From NCBI GenBank assembly GCA_964016885.1, contig OZ024741.1:358670001-358734000 (forward strand): a stretch of 64,000 nucleotides of DNA, written 5' to 3'. Below are positions 47,701 to 60,212 of this stretch, piece by piece (position 1 is the first letter of the stretch; every line of letters begins with the position of its first letter). The position numbers and the translations under genes were made by a program. Source of the stretch: Eledone cirrhosa. Its lineage: Eukaryota. The notes below the pieces were generated by a model, which ran no database searches, had not been told where the DNA came from, and saw only the letters and a program-made list of their open reading frames with translations.

Positions 47701-50700
47701 TGTAAAGTGGCAATACTGGTGTTAAGATAAAATACACTCAGCCCACTCTGTAAAGTGGTAATACTGGTGTCAAGGAAAAATACACTCAGCTCACTCTGTA
47801 AAGTGGTAATACTGGTGTCAAGGTAAAATACACTCAGCCCTGTCTGTAAAGTGTCAATACTGGTGTCAAGATAAAATACACTCAGCTCACTCTGTAAAGT
47901 GGCAATACTGGTGTCAAGATAAAATACACTCAGCCCACTCTGTAAAGCGGCAATACTGGTGTCAAGATAAAATAAACTCAGCCCACTCTGTAAAGTGGCA
48001 ATACTGGTGTCAAGATAAAATACACTCAGCCCACTCTGTAAAGTGGCAATACTGGTGTCAAGATAAAATACACTCAGCCCTCTCTGTAAAGTGGCAATAC
48101 TGGTGTCAAGATAAAATACACTCAGCCCACTCTGTAAAGTGGCAATACTGGTGTCAAGATAAAATACACTCAGCCCACCCTGTAAAGTGGCAATACCGGT
48201 GTCAAGATAAAATACACTCAGCCCACTCTGTAAAGTGGCAATACTGGTGTCAAGATAAAATACACTCAGCCCACCCTGTAAAGTGGCAATACCGGTGTCA
48301 AGATAAAATACACTCAGCCCACTCTGTAAAGTGGCAATAATGGTGTCAACATAAAATACACTCAGCCCACTCTGTAAAGTGTCAATACTGGTGTCAAGAT
48401 AAAATACACTCAGCTCACTCTGTAAAGTGGCAATACTGGTGTCAAGATAAAATACACTCAGCCCACCCTGTAAAGTGGCAATACTGGTGTCAAGATAAAA
48501 TACACTCAGCCCACTCTGTAAAGTGGCAATACTGGTGTCAAGATAAAATACACTCAGCCCACTCTGTAAAGTGGCAATACTGGTGTCAAGATAAAATACA
48601 CTCAGCCCACTCTGTAAAGTGGCAATACTGGTGTCAAGATAAAATACACTCAGCTCACTCCGTAAAGTGGCAATACTGGTGTCAAGATAAAATACACTCA
48701 GCTCACTCTGTAAAGTGGCAATACTGTTGTTAAGATAAAATACACTCAGCCCTCTCTGTAAAGTGGCAATACTGGTGTCAAGATAAAATACACTCAGCCC
48801 CCTCTGTAAAGTGGCAATACTGGTGTCAAGATAAAATACACTCAGCCCTCTCTGTAAAGTGGCAATACTAGTGTCAAGATAAAATACACTCAGACCACTC
48901 TGTAAAGTGGCAATACTGGTGTCAAGATAAAATACACTCAGCCCTCTATGTAAAGTGGCAATACTGGTGTCAAGATAAAATACACTCAGCTCACTCTGTA
49001 AAGTGGCAATACTGTTGTTAAGATAAAATACACTCAGCCCTCTCTGTAAAGTGGCAATACTGGTGTCAAGATAAAATACACTCAGCTCACTCTGTAAAGT
49101 GGCAATACTGTTGTTAAGATAAAATACACTCAGCCCTCTCTGTAAAGTGGCAATACTGGTGTCAAGATAAAATACACTCAGCTCACTCTGTAAAGTGTCA
49201 ATACTGGTGTCAAGATAAAATACACTCAGACCACTCTGTAAAGTGGCAATACTGGTGTCAAGATAAAATACACTCAGACCACTCTGTAAAGTGGCAATAC
49301 TGGTGTCTAGATAAAATACACTCAGCCCTCTCTGTAAAGTGGCAATACTGGTGTCAAGATAAAATACACTCAGACCACTCTGTAAAGTGGCAATACTGGT
49401 GTCACGATAAAATACACTCAGCCCTCTCTGTAAAGTGGCAATACTGGTGTCAAGATAAAATACACTCAGCTCACTCTGTAAAGTGGCAATACTGTTGTTA
49501 AGATAAAATACACTCAGCCCTCTCTGTAAAGTGGCAATACTGGTGTCAAGATAAAATACACTCAGCCCACTCTGTAAAGTGGCAATACTGGTGTCAAGCT
49601 AAAATACACTCAGCCCACTCTGTAAAGTGGCAATACTGGTGTCAAGATAGAATACACTCAGCCCTCTCTGTAAAGTGGCAATACTGGTGTCAAGATAGAA
49701 TACACTCAGCCCTCTCTGTAAAGTGGCAATACTGGTGTCAAGATAGAATACACTCAGCCCTCTCTGTAAAGTGGCAATACTGGTGTCAAGATAGAATACA
49801 CTCAGCCCACTCTGTATAGTGGCAATACTGGTGTCAAGATAAAATACACTCAACTCACTCTGTAAAGTGGCAATACTGGTGTCAAGATAAAATACACTCA
49901 GCCCACTCTGTAAAGTGGCAATACTGGTGTCAAGATAAAATACACTCAACTCACTCTGTAAAGTGGCAATACTGGTGTTAAGATAAAATACACTCAGCCC
50001 ACTCTGTAAAGTGGTAATACTGGTGTCAAGGAAAAATACACTCAGCTCACTCTGTAAAGTGGTAATACTGGTGTCAAGGTAAAATACACTCAGCCCTGTC
50101 TGTAAAGTGTCAATACTGGTGTCAAGATAAAATACACTCAGCTCACTCTGTAAAGTGGCAATACTGGTGTCAAGATAAAATACACTCAGCCCACCCTGTA
50201 AAGTGGCAATACCGGTGTCAAGATAAAATACACTCAGCCCACTCTGTAAAGCGGCAATACTGGTGTCAAGATAAAATAAACTCAGCCCACTCTGTAAAGT
50301 GGCAATACTGGTGTCAAGATAAAATACACTCAGCCCACTCTGTAAAGTGGCAATACTGGTGTCAAGATAAAATACACTCAGCCCTCTCTGTAAAGTGGCA
50401 ATACTGGTGTCAAGATAAAATACACTCAGCCCACTCTGTAAAGTGGCAATACTGGTGTCAAGATAAAATACACTCAGCCCACCCTGTAAAGTGGCAATAC
50501 CGGTGTCAAGATAAAATACACTCAGCCCACTCTGTAAAGTGGCAATACTGGTGTCAAGATAAAATACACTCAGCCCACCCTGTAAAGTGGCAATACCGGT
50601 GTCAAGATAAAATACACTCAGCCCACTCTGTAAAGTGGCAATACTGGTGTCAAGATAAAATACACTCAGACCACTCTGTAAAGTGGCAATACTGGTGTCA

Positions 50701-51970
50701 AGATAAAATACACTCAGCCCACTCTGTAAAGTGGTAATACTGGTGTCAAGATAAAATACACTCAGCCCACCCTGTAAAGTGGCAATACCGGTGTCAAGAT
50801 AAAATACACTCAGCCCACTCTGTAAAGTGGCAATACTGGTGTCAAGATAAAATACACTCAGACCACTCTGTAAAGTGGCAATACTGGTGTCAAGATAAAA
50901 TACACTCAGCCCACTCTGTAAAGTGGCAATACTGGTGTCAAGATAAAATACACTCAGCCCACCCTGTAACGTGGCAATACCGGTGTCAAGATAAAATACA
51001 CTCAGCCCACTCTGTAAAGTGGCAATACTGGTGTCAAGATAAAATACACTCAGACCACTCTGTAAAGTGGCAATACTGGTGTCAAGATAAAATACACTCA
51101 GCCCACTCTGTAAAGTGGCAATAATGGTGTCAAGATAAAATACACTCAGCCCACTCTGTAAAGTGGTAATACTGGTGTCAAGATAAAATACACTCAGACC
51201 ACTCTGTAAAGTGGCAATACTGGTGTCAAGATAAAATACACTCAGCCCACCCTGTAAAGTGGCAATACTGGTGTCAAGATAAAATACACTCAGCTCACTC
51301 TGTAAAGTGGCAATAATGGTGTCAACATAAAATACACTCAGCCCACTCTGTAAAGTGGCAATACTGGTGTCAAGATAAAATACACTCAGACCACTCTGTA
51401 AAGTGGCAATACTGGTGTCAAGATAAAATACACTCAGCCCACTCTGTAAAGTGGCAATAATGGTGTCAACATAAAATACACTCAGCCCACTCTGTAAAGT
51501 GGCAATACTGGTGTCAAGATAAAATACACTCAGCCCTCTCTGTAAAGTGGCAATACTGGCGTCAAGGTAAAATACACTCAGCCCACTCTGTAAAGTGGCA
51601 ATACTGGTGTCAAGATAAAATACACTCAGCCCTCTCTGTAAAGTGGCAATACTGGTGTCAAGATAAAATACACTCAGCCCTCTCTGTAAAGTGGCAATAC
51701 TGGTGTCAAGATAAAATACACTCAGCCCTCTCTGTAAAGTGGCAATACTGGTGTCAAGATAAAATACACTCAGCCCACTCTGTAAAGTGGCAATACTGGT
51801 GTCAAGATAAAATACACTCAGCCCACTCTGTAAAGTGGCAATACTGGTGTCAAGATAAAATACACTCAGCCCACTCTGTAAAGTGGCAATACTGGTGTCA
51901 ACATAAAATACACTGAGCTAACTCTGTAAAGTGGCAATACTGGTGTCAACATAAAATTCACTCCGTCCAC
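44725..51970. repeat. 48-bp satellite, ~150 copies
   Basis: Unit CTCTGTAAAGTGGCAATACTGGTGTCAAGATAAAATACACTCAGCCCA; internal higher-order duplication at offset 2256 bp (47 units). Confidence 0.98.
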
Positions 51971-53130
51971 TGTTAGATTGAACCATGGAGACATTGTTTC
52001 TTTTAATCCTTCCATTGTTATTATCTGCCAGTCGCAACTCTTGGCAGGGGGGCATTGTTAAATAAACTATTTTGTACAAGAATATAACACGTCATTCACC
52101 CCAGGAATCGAACTGACTGGGGGTACCACTTGGACTTGAAACACGTTCTATTAAAGTCAAATACACTTCGTCATAGAATGAAAAAAGAAACTTCTTCAGA
52201 TGTATGATCTGTCTTTGATATCATGGGTGAGAACACTATGGTGCCTGGATCATTAAACTATTTATATAAATTATTAGGACCATAGGCAACAAATACAGTG
52301 CTAGGCGGGTGTCACAATTTCACTGCTTAGCATGGGCGCTATTTTCCCTAGTTATGCCTCATGTTGTATGTCTCTTTCAGCATAGTCTCTATCCTAACTC
52401 ACTCCCCTAGTTTTGTTTATTCGTCTGTGTGTGCGCGTATGTATGCATGTGTGTGTGTGAGAGAGAGGGGGAGAGAGAGATGAAGTGTGACAAACTGGAT
52501 CAGGTAAAATATCCAAATGTAGCTTTCAGTGGAATGTACGTTAGAAGTCAGAAAACGCATCACTCTTGTTGCAGAACTTGTCAAATTACTTACATCACTG
52601 ACATTACGATAGAAGTTATATATGTGAGGGTAAAAGATGAATGCACATTTAACTGTGTGATGTCATAAACGAAATGTTAACCTCTGACTTATGGCTATGC
52701 TATATGTTGAATATAGAAAAAGATATGTGTCGTTCCAGTAAAACAGTCGCCAAAATGATCATGATGATTGTTTAAATGAAGACATTGTTTAAATAGAGAA
52801 GTTATTCATGCATAAACCTCATCGAGGTCAGCAAGTATGTCATGAGCGTTGATGAAATAGGCAAAATAGCAAACATTCTGTACAAGATTCTTAGATTTTC
52901 ACATTATGAACAGTTAGGTGAGACATCATCACCATCATTATCATCAACAGCAGCAACAACAATATTTTACAACTGCGGCAGCAGAGAGACAAACAAAGAA
53001 GACACACACATCATTTTCATTTGGCTTGCATGGTATTTGATGTGAAGTTGTGTAGAAACGTAGAGTGTTATACTTTGGGAGGGTCATGTTGCCAATAAAA
53101 CACACGCGTCAGTTGATTTTCAATTTCATT

Positions 53131-53319
53131 GGTGGATTGGCAGTATCGGTAGAGGGTCGGACGCCATGCTTTCCAGCATAGTTACGTCCCTTTACGATCT
53201 GAGTTCAAATCCCGCCGAGGTTGACTTTGCCTTTCATCCTTACGGGGTCGATAAAATAAAGTACCAGTAATGCACTGGGTAATTGCTGGCCTTGTGCCTA
53301 AAGTAGAAACAATTATTAT
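53131..53319 (+). mobile_element. tRNA-derived SINE, full-length and little diverged
   Basis: GGTGGATTGGCAGTATCGGTAGAG (A-box), GAGTTCAAATCCC (B-box), conserved core, ATT tail. Confidence 0.9.
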
Positions 53320-53616
53320 TAGTTAGGTAACTAATCCATTCCTTAGTTGGTTTAGTAACCAGATGATTGTTTGTCATGTAATTGTCAAAGTTCTTTCTTC
53401 ACACATTCTTTGATCGTTTCAATGACTATTCTTGTTCCTCTATGTCTCCTCTTTGTTCTATATTCTCCATCTTGTCTTTCTGGGGTGTGTATATGGTCTG
53501 TGTATGTGTGTGTGTATGTATCTGTATGTGTTTGAATGTGTGTATCTTTGTGTGCAGCTACTTCCACAAGCATGTGTATCTGTGCATGTATGTCTTTATG
53601 CCTTTTTCTCTTCCAC

Positions 53617-53674
<58 letters not shown>

Positions 53675-53907
53675 CATTTCATGATTTTTCTCACTCGTCA
53701 CAATGTGCTTATTATTCTATTTCTATCGAGGATGGGTTTATGTCTGTTTATACACCCCTTTATATTTATTCTTATGCTGTTCTATTATATCGTAATTTTC
53801 TATGATAATTTTCAATTTTCCTCTGGTTCCTTTGTATACTCTAATCCTGTCTCTTTGCTTGTGTCCAGAGAACAGCATGTACAAGATGAAGTGTTGTATG
53901 TGTCTCT

Positions 53908-54045
53908 ATAATTGTTTCTACTTTTGGCACAAGACCAGCAATTATCCCAGTGCATTACTGGTACTTTATTTTATCGACCCCGTAAGGATGAAAGGTAAAG
54001 TTAACCTCGGTGGGATTTGAACTCAGACCGTAACTCTGTGCTGCT
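53908..54045 (-). mobile_element. 5'-truncated tRNA-derived SINE
   Basis: Reverse copy of the SINE 3' two-thirds. Confidence 0.85.
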
Positions 54046-54249
54046 AAAACCTTAAGATCACACATGCGAGACACATTCTTCATCACTCTTACCAGGTCTG
54101 CTATCATGATGTTAATTGAAATCTGGTGGATCAGGTACTTGGTTGTTATAAGTTTAGCTTAATGCGAATGAAGGATTTAAATTTTGTTGTTCCTAGTTTC
54201 CAGTCAGAGTTCTGTGTCTAAGACAGGTAGTCTACATTAGGGATGTTTG

Positions 54250-55450
54250 GTTGGGCAGTACTCTGCTAGATGGAACTGGCTATTTTCTGGGTTTATTTCC
54301 ATGATGTTTATTTCAAGTTTCTGAGTACTTTCTTGTGGGGGGTGCTTTTACTATTATATTAATATCAATTACATAATGAGTATAAATAGTTAGGGCTATG
54401 GAGTTCTCTACTGGGCATTCTTTGAGTCTTCTGTCCAACCACACTATAAAGAGATTGGGCATGCCACTAGCGATGCTGACTCCAGTGGCTACCTCTTCTT
54501 CCTGGACATGTGTTTTGTCATTGTACTTGAATATATGGCTCTTCAATGTTGTTCTATATTAGCTTCCACTGCATTTATTATCATTTTCCTCATCTGGTCT
54601 TGATTTTCAGAGATTCATATACCTCTGGTACACCTACTCCATCTTTCTTGCTGTTTTTTGCCGTTGAGGAAATGGTTGATGGTCTGCTTCTCCCTGGTGG
54701 GACAGAAGCTACTAAGTTCATATATGTCTAAATATTCTTTGTCACAAGTGAATCTAAGGATGAGTCATAGCTCCTCAGTGTCATCCTCTCACAATTCTGT
54801 ATCAGTCTCACTGAACATTTCCATACATTCCTTCACAGAAAAATCTATGTCGAAGGATAGTTATAGAGACACCATATGCTACTTATTATACAATCTGTCA
54901 GGTCACAAGAGAGGTTGCATTCATTGATTCTATTGAGTGGGGTTCTCTGTGCTGTCACATTCATCTGAGGACATTTTGATTATGTGATATATGATTATTG
55001 AGAGAAAATAGGAAAGTCTGTAGTTGCTAGCAATGTTAGCTCTACAGACTGGCCATTTTGCTGGTCCTGCAACCAGATCAGTAGTTGTATTGTGATCCAT
55101 CTGAAGACAATACAGCACTGGTATAATGTTGGAAATTGTTGGTTGTATATATTTTGGATTCAGTATGTTTGACAATATCATCATGTGAAAATTGTCTTTT
55201 TCTTTTCTCATATTCTTGTGGTATTGTCTCTTGTGTTGTTGATGTGGAGTTGCATTTCCTGAATGTAATTAAGCTGGCTACCTATAGACATTCTGCTGGA
55301 CTTGTATGTAGGAAATCATACAATCTCTCCATTCCTCATGCACTCCATGAGCTTATGCAGGCCATTTGCAGATTTTTCGTCAGGTTGATGGGCTTCCATC
55401 CTGTTCTGTCTCCTATTATGTTGTAAAATCTGAGTTTTGTTCTAACTATT
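54250..55450 (-). mobile_element. Highly degraded Penelope-like reverse transcriptase
   Basis: IV*FPTYKSSRMSI (xDKS/G motif), PVLYCLQMDH...GP..WPVC..NYRLSYFLS (LYGLxKxHK/RP-like), GVSIASGMPNLF, and YTHYVID (YxRYVDD-like). Confidence 0.6.
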
Positions 55451-55699
55451 GGGAACTTTCCTTCAGCTTGATAAGCTGCATAGGGTGGGATGTAGGTTCT
55501 TTTGTTGAACGGTATTGTAATTAGATAAATACGGCGAATGTCATAGGATTTGTTGGATAGGTTGAAGAGTAGGGAGTCTAGTCTACATTGCTTTTATCAG
55601 CTGTGTTGTCCCTTTCACTACCATCAGTTTCATGACTGTTATTTCTCTGTTGCTCTCACTGTCCTTATTCTCGGTGTGTCTGTCATTGTTATTTTGATC

Positions 55700-57040
55700 T
55701 TGCGAAATCCATACAGCACTGGTATGTCATTGTTGGCTGTACACTTCTTTGGTTTTAGTATGTTTCAACACATATACAAGATTCACACAAACTGCCAATA
55801 CAGGGCTAGTGCTACACATGTTAGCGCTGTACAAGGTAGTAGTTTGACTAACGTAGCCACGTGTGAGAAGCCCTCAACCATCGTAAAGCAATCACACACC
55901 TTTATTCCCCTCCATACAAAGAACTATCACTAAAGGACCTAATCATCACTGTTAAATAACACATCGTAGGGCTGAATCTGGACACACCGAATGGTAGATC
56001 TAGAGAAATTGTGGAGTTGCCTGAGAGGAGACATGTGGATGTACAAGAGGTGCCTCAGCAAGACTACTCACAGGCAAACAATATAGATAAAGCTTTTCTG
56101 GGTAGGAAATGACGATGGGGTAATTGAGGTAGGCATTCTACTAACTGAAACACTTCTCAATTAAATAAATAAGGTAATTGACGCATTACGAATGACAGAA
56201 TTTTCAAGCTCAGAATAATCAGAGGCAATAGAATAGCAACAATTATCTCTAACTATGCACCACAAGCAGGACTGTTTTTATGAGGAACTTTTACAGACAA
56301 CTTCAGTTCACGATAACAGAGTCCTCATCATCCTAGCAAGCGACCTTCAATGGACATGTTGGGCAGCACCCTGGATGGCTACACTGGAGTATACTGTGTC
56401 TTTGGCTATGACCAAATGAAGAGAAAATGAGGCTCCTAGAATTCTGTGATGTAAATGAACTAACCATTTGCAACACTAACTCCAGGAAACCAACCAGTCA
56501 CATGATCATCTACAAATCAGGTGCATGCACAAGCTGAATTGATGTTTTACTTGGTAGAAAATGACATAGACTGATGGTTATAAATGTGAATAGCTTCTCC
56601 GGAGAAGAATTCACTGCCCAACATAAGTTAGTTATTAGTAACATCAGAATAAGTACAAGAAAAAAAAAAAAAAAAAAAAAACACAGGGAAATCTGGAGAA
56701 GTAGAGTTTAGAAGCTAAAGGACCTTTCTTTTAAGAATAGGTTCAGGAAAGCTCTATGTGATGCATATGATGAAAAGGAAGATGAGTTAGATACATATAA
56801 CAGGACAATTGGAAGATCCTAGGGGACAACCTACTTCAAGGTACTGATGAGACTTGAAGCTGAAGAAAAGCACCAACGAAAAAGAGGGTGATCTGATGGT
56901 GGAACAACACAGTGGCTAGAGCCATTAAGGACAAGAGACAGGCATAGAAAGACTGGAAAAATGAGGGGGGGGGGGGCAGCAGAGAGCAGTACCAGGAGAA
57001 GGTTGGGAAAAATGGACATAAAAATGATGATGATGACACA
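55700..57040 (+). mobile_element. Degraded RTE LINE: APE endonuclease region joined to the (GAT)n tail
   Basis: LN..T..GRS.EIVE..RR.VD..QEV, YAPQAG, DFNGHVG-like and QHKLV motifs; ends in AAATGGACATAAAAATGATGATGATG. Confidence 0.75.
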
Positions 57041-57099
57041 AATGTGTCATCATATATGCATATATATATATATATGCATGCACACACACACACACACAC

Positions 57100-57131
<32 letters not shown>

Positions 57132-57320
57132 CTTTTTTTTTTTTTAATGTACAGGAAAAACAAACACTAGGCGTGAAGCATGGAAAAAAAGTGAAGAATT
57201 TTATCAAAAGTTCATTCTTTAATATGTTTCAATACAATATAAGCCTACATAGTGTTGGTTGCATATTGATATTATTATGCCCATTCACTAGCAATACATT
57301 AAATATTGCATTTCTTAGTT

Positions 57321-57700
57321 TTTCTTAGTTCTATTTCAGTTGCTTCTCTGATTTGTCTACCTGGTGAGTCATTTCTATGTTTAGATATTATTTTAATTTC
57401 TATGTTGTCTATATTACCATCATGTCATGATATAGACAACATAGAAATTAAAATAATATCTAAACATAGAAATGACTCAACAGGTAGACAAATCAGAAAA
57501 GCAACTGAAATAGAACTAAGAACACAAAAGTTGAACAGAAAAAATGAATGGAATAACAACAACAACCATACACAAACACACAATAGTGACCTAAGATGAA
57601 TGTAAATAAATATACCCAAGTACAATAACAACAACCGCACATAAAAACACACTAGTGACCAAAGATAGAATACAAACACACAGAGACTCAGACACACAGA
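57321..57700 (+). mobile_element. PLE GIY-YIG tail fragment preceded by its own inverted copy (~90-bp-arm palindrome, 57321-57522)
   Basis: DIDNIEIKIISKHRNDSTGRQIRKATEIELRTQKLNRKNEW, related to 42505-42630; inverted arm at 57321-57411. Confidence 0.75.
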
Positions 57701-57739
57701 CACTCAGAGACTCGATAAGGTAGCATATACAGAGTAGAA

Positions 57740-58421
57740 GAATAGACCTAGGAAAAATAGATCCCGACACATTATATGGTATAACCCGCCATATAATATG
57801 GAGGTGGCCACACCATTAGCTAAGATCTTTCTCTCCCTTATTATGAAGCATTTCCCCCAGCACATAAATATAGTAACATTTTTAATAGAAATACCTTTAA
57901 AATTTCTTACTCTACGACTCCTAACCTTGCACATAACATCACAGCTTCAAAGTTAGCTAAATTACCTAGCCGTAAGAACACATGCAACCCTGTAGTTAGT
58001 ACTAACTGTAATTGTAGGAATCGGGTTGACTGCCCATTATCCGGGAAATGTCTAACATTGTCTACAAATGTAAGGTTGAAACACCCACGTCCCGTAGGGC
58101 CTACATAGGGTTAACCGCCAATAGTTTCAAGCAACCCATTCTTTTCTTAACCCTTTAAGAAGGAATATGACGTCACTTTCAGCTTATATCTGGAGTCTAA
58201 AAGACAACCACACCCAATATATACACTGGGAGAGCCTAGCTAAGGCTAGATCGTATAACGGAAATAAAAGACCATGTGACCTATGCGCCGCTGAGGCCCT
58301 GGAAATACTCTACGCTAAAGACCACATCTTAAACAAAATATCTGAGGCAATTTCGGCTTGTAAAAATACATTGCACAAAACTTTCTTGTATTACAGCCCC
58401 ACATTATACCCTAACGGATAG
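57740..58421 (+). mobile_element. Degraded PLE C-terminal GIY-YIG region (same type as 61140-62001)
   Basis: IIWYNPPYN, KHFP, CNCRNRVDCPLSGKC, AYIGLTA, SLSAYIWSLK, RPCDLCAAE. Confidence 0.8.
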
Positions 58422-59091
58422 TACTAACTATACGCGGATATTTTACGTCTTGATGTGGTAGCTAAGTATATTTAATGTTTATACCATTACTTATTTGTAT
58501 AGGTAAGTATATATTACCTGTATGTTTTGTGAAGGTACGTATACTTTCTCGTACGTATATTTGCTTGTATATGTTATGGCGTATATATTATATATACTGG
58601 TACATGTGCATTTGGTTATGTGTATACGTGAGTTTTGCGTCTGTGTGAGTATGCGGGTTCGTACGTATGTAGGGTGTGTGTATGTGTGTACTTTGTGTTT
58701 TGGTTGACGTACGTCTGCGAACATATGTGTATTTACATGTAGGTATGTGTGTGCGCGCGTTATATACGCATTTATGTGTGTATATTTATATACGTTTATT
58801 TAATTATATGTATACACGCACACACACATATATATTTTTTTTTTATATATATTTTTATGTGTATTTGGTGTATACGCTCGTATGTGTGTGGGTACAGGTA
58901 TTGCGTGGGTTCTGCATGTGCGTTTTTTTTGTGTAGGTGCTTGTATTTGCATACCCATAGCGAATGTTTTCGCGTATGCTTGTGTATGTACGTATATAGA
59001 TGCGTGTATGTATATATTTAATTTCAATTACCTCTGTATTTTATTTACTTTATTCTTAACCCTGAAGCCGAGAATCATTCGGTTTCCTAAT

Positions 59092-59365
59092 TAGAATTTT
59101 AGTCTACGACTTCAGTTATACCATTTACGTGGTTTTGTCTTTGCGTGTAATTGTTTTCACCGTTCCAAATAATGACGTATTATCTTCGTTTTTTTTCGTT
59201 CTTTGCCAGGGAACGTCTCCACGAACCACCTAATAGAATATTAGTCTACGACTTCATTTATACCATAAACGTGGTTTTGTCTTTGCGTGTAATTGTTTTC
59301 ACCGCTCCAAATAATGACGTATTATCTTCGGTTTTTTCCCCTTCTTTGCCAGGGATCGTTTCCGC
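59092..59365. repeat. ~141-bp tandem duplication in probable PLE 3' region
   Basis: TAGAAT.TTAGTCTACGACTTCA...TTTGCCAGGGA occurs twice. Confidence 0.85.
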
Positions 59366-59531
59366 GAACCAAAGTATCGTCTTCCTGTCTTCCTTCGCTT
59401 GCAACGTTTTTTGAAATATTTACTTCTGCGTTCACAGATTGACTTTTTTAGTTTCAGAAGATCCCGTTAAGGGTGAAAGCACCGATTCTTTGCTTAAACT
59501 TTAATCTATTATTTTAATAAATATATATATA

Positions 59532-60157
59532 TAACGGCAATGAATTAGTTTTGCGAGGTTTTTTATATGAAATCGTGTGTCGAAATAGAACTTAGAAGGC
59601 CAAAGCTAAACAGAAAAAATGAATGGAATAACAACACCACCCAAACAAACAATACTGACCTAAGAGAAGTATAAATAAATAGATAAATAAATAAATACAT
59701 ACACAAGCACAATAACAACAAACACATATAAACACACTAGTAAACTAAGATAGAATACAATAACCAAAACACAGTCACCCAAACACGAACACACATCAAA
59801 CACTATACACATACGCAAACGCATGCACAGAGAAGAAGACAAAAATAAATAAATAAATAAATAAACTGATTAAATAAAGATGGCGTAGACATACAATACA
59901 ACAGGAGGAAACATAATAGCACCACTGACGATGTTGCAGATGTGCAACGAAAGAACTTTGTTAGACTATATATATGTGTTTGTGTCTATATTATATCTGT
60001 ATTTTTGACCATTGGTCAGTCAATGGTAACATTGAGGACCAAATAAATTAAATTAACTGATATAAAAGATACAGAAGCGAAAACCAACCAAACAGTGAGT
60101 GTGTTCTGTTATTAATTCTTGCAATATTATTACACAAATATGACCCTCCCCAAGTAT

Positions 60158-60163
<6 letters not shown>
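59532..60163 (+). mobile_element. Second, internally deleted copy of the 42271-43198 PLE-derived unit
   Basis: Same leader after (TA)n, same body and hammerhead-like core, same CCCTCCCCAAGTATAACA end before (TA)n. Confidence 0.85.
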
Positions 60164-60202
<39 letters not shown>

Positions 60203-60212
60203 AACGAGTAGG

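Noticed and set aside
44820-49949. SVFYLDTSIATLQSGL-repeat ORFs
   Set aside because: Translations of the 48-bp satellite, started at chance TTG variants and broken by stop variants.
10221-51970. CRISPR-like arrays
   Set aside because: The repeats are head-to-tail with no unique spacers, there are no cas genes, and the context is eukaryotic.
53131-53215. tRNA genes
   Set aside because: A and B boxes are present but run into the SINE core and tail, occur in many diverged copies and do not close a cloverleaf.
52429-59094. Numerous Cys/Val/Tyr/Ile-rich short ORFs
   Set aside because: Translations of (TG)n/(TA)n-rich low-complexity DNA.
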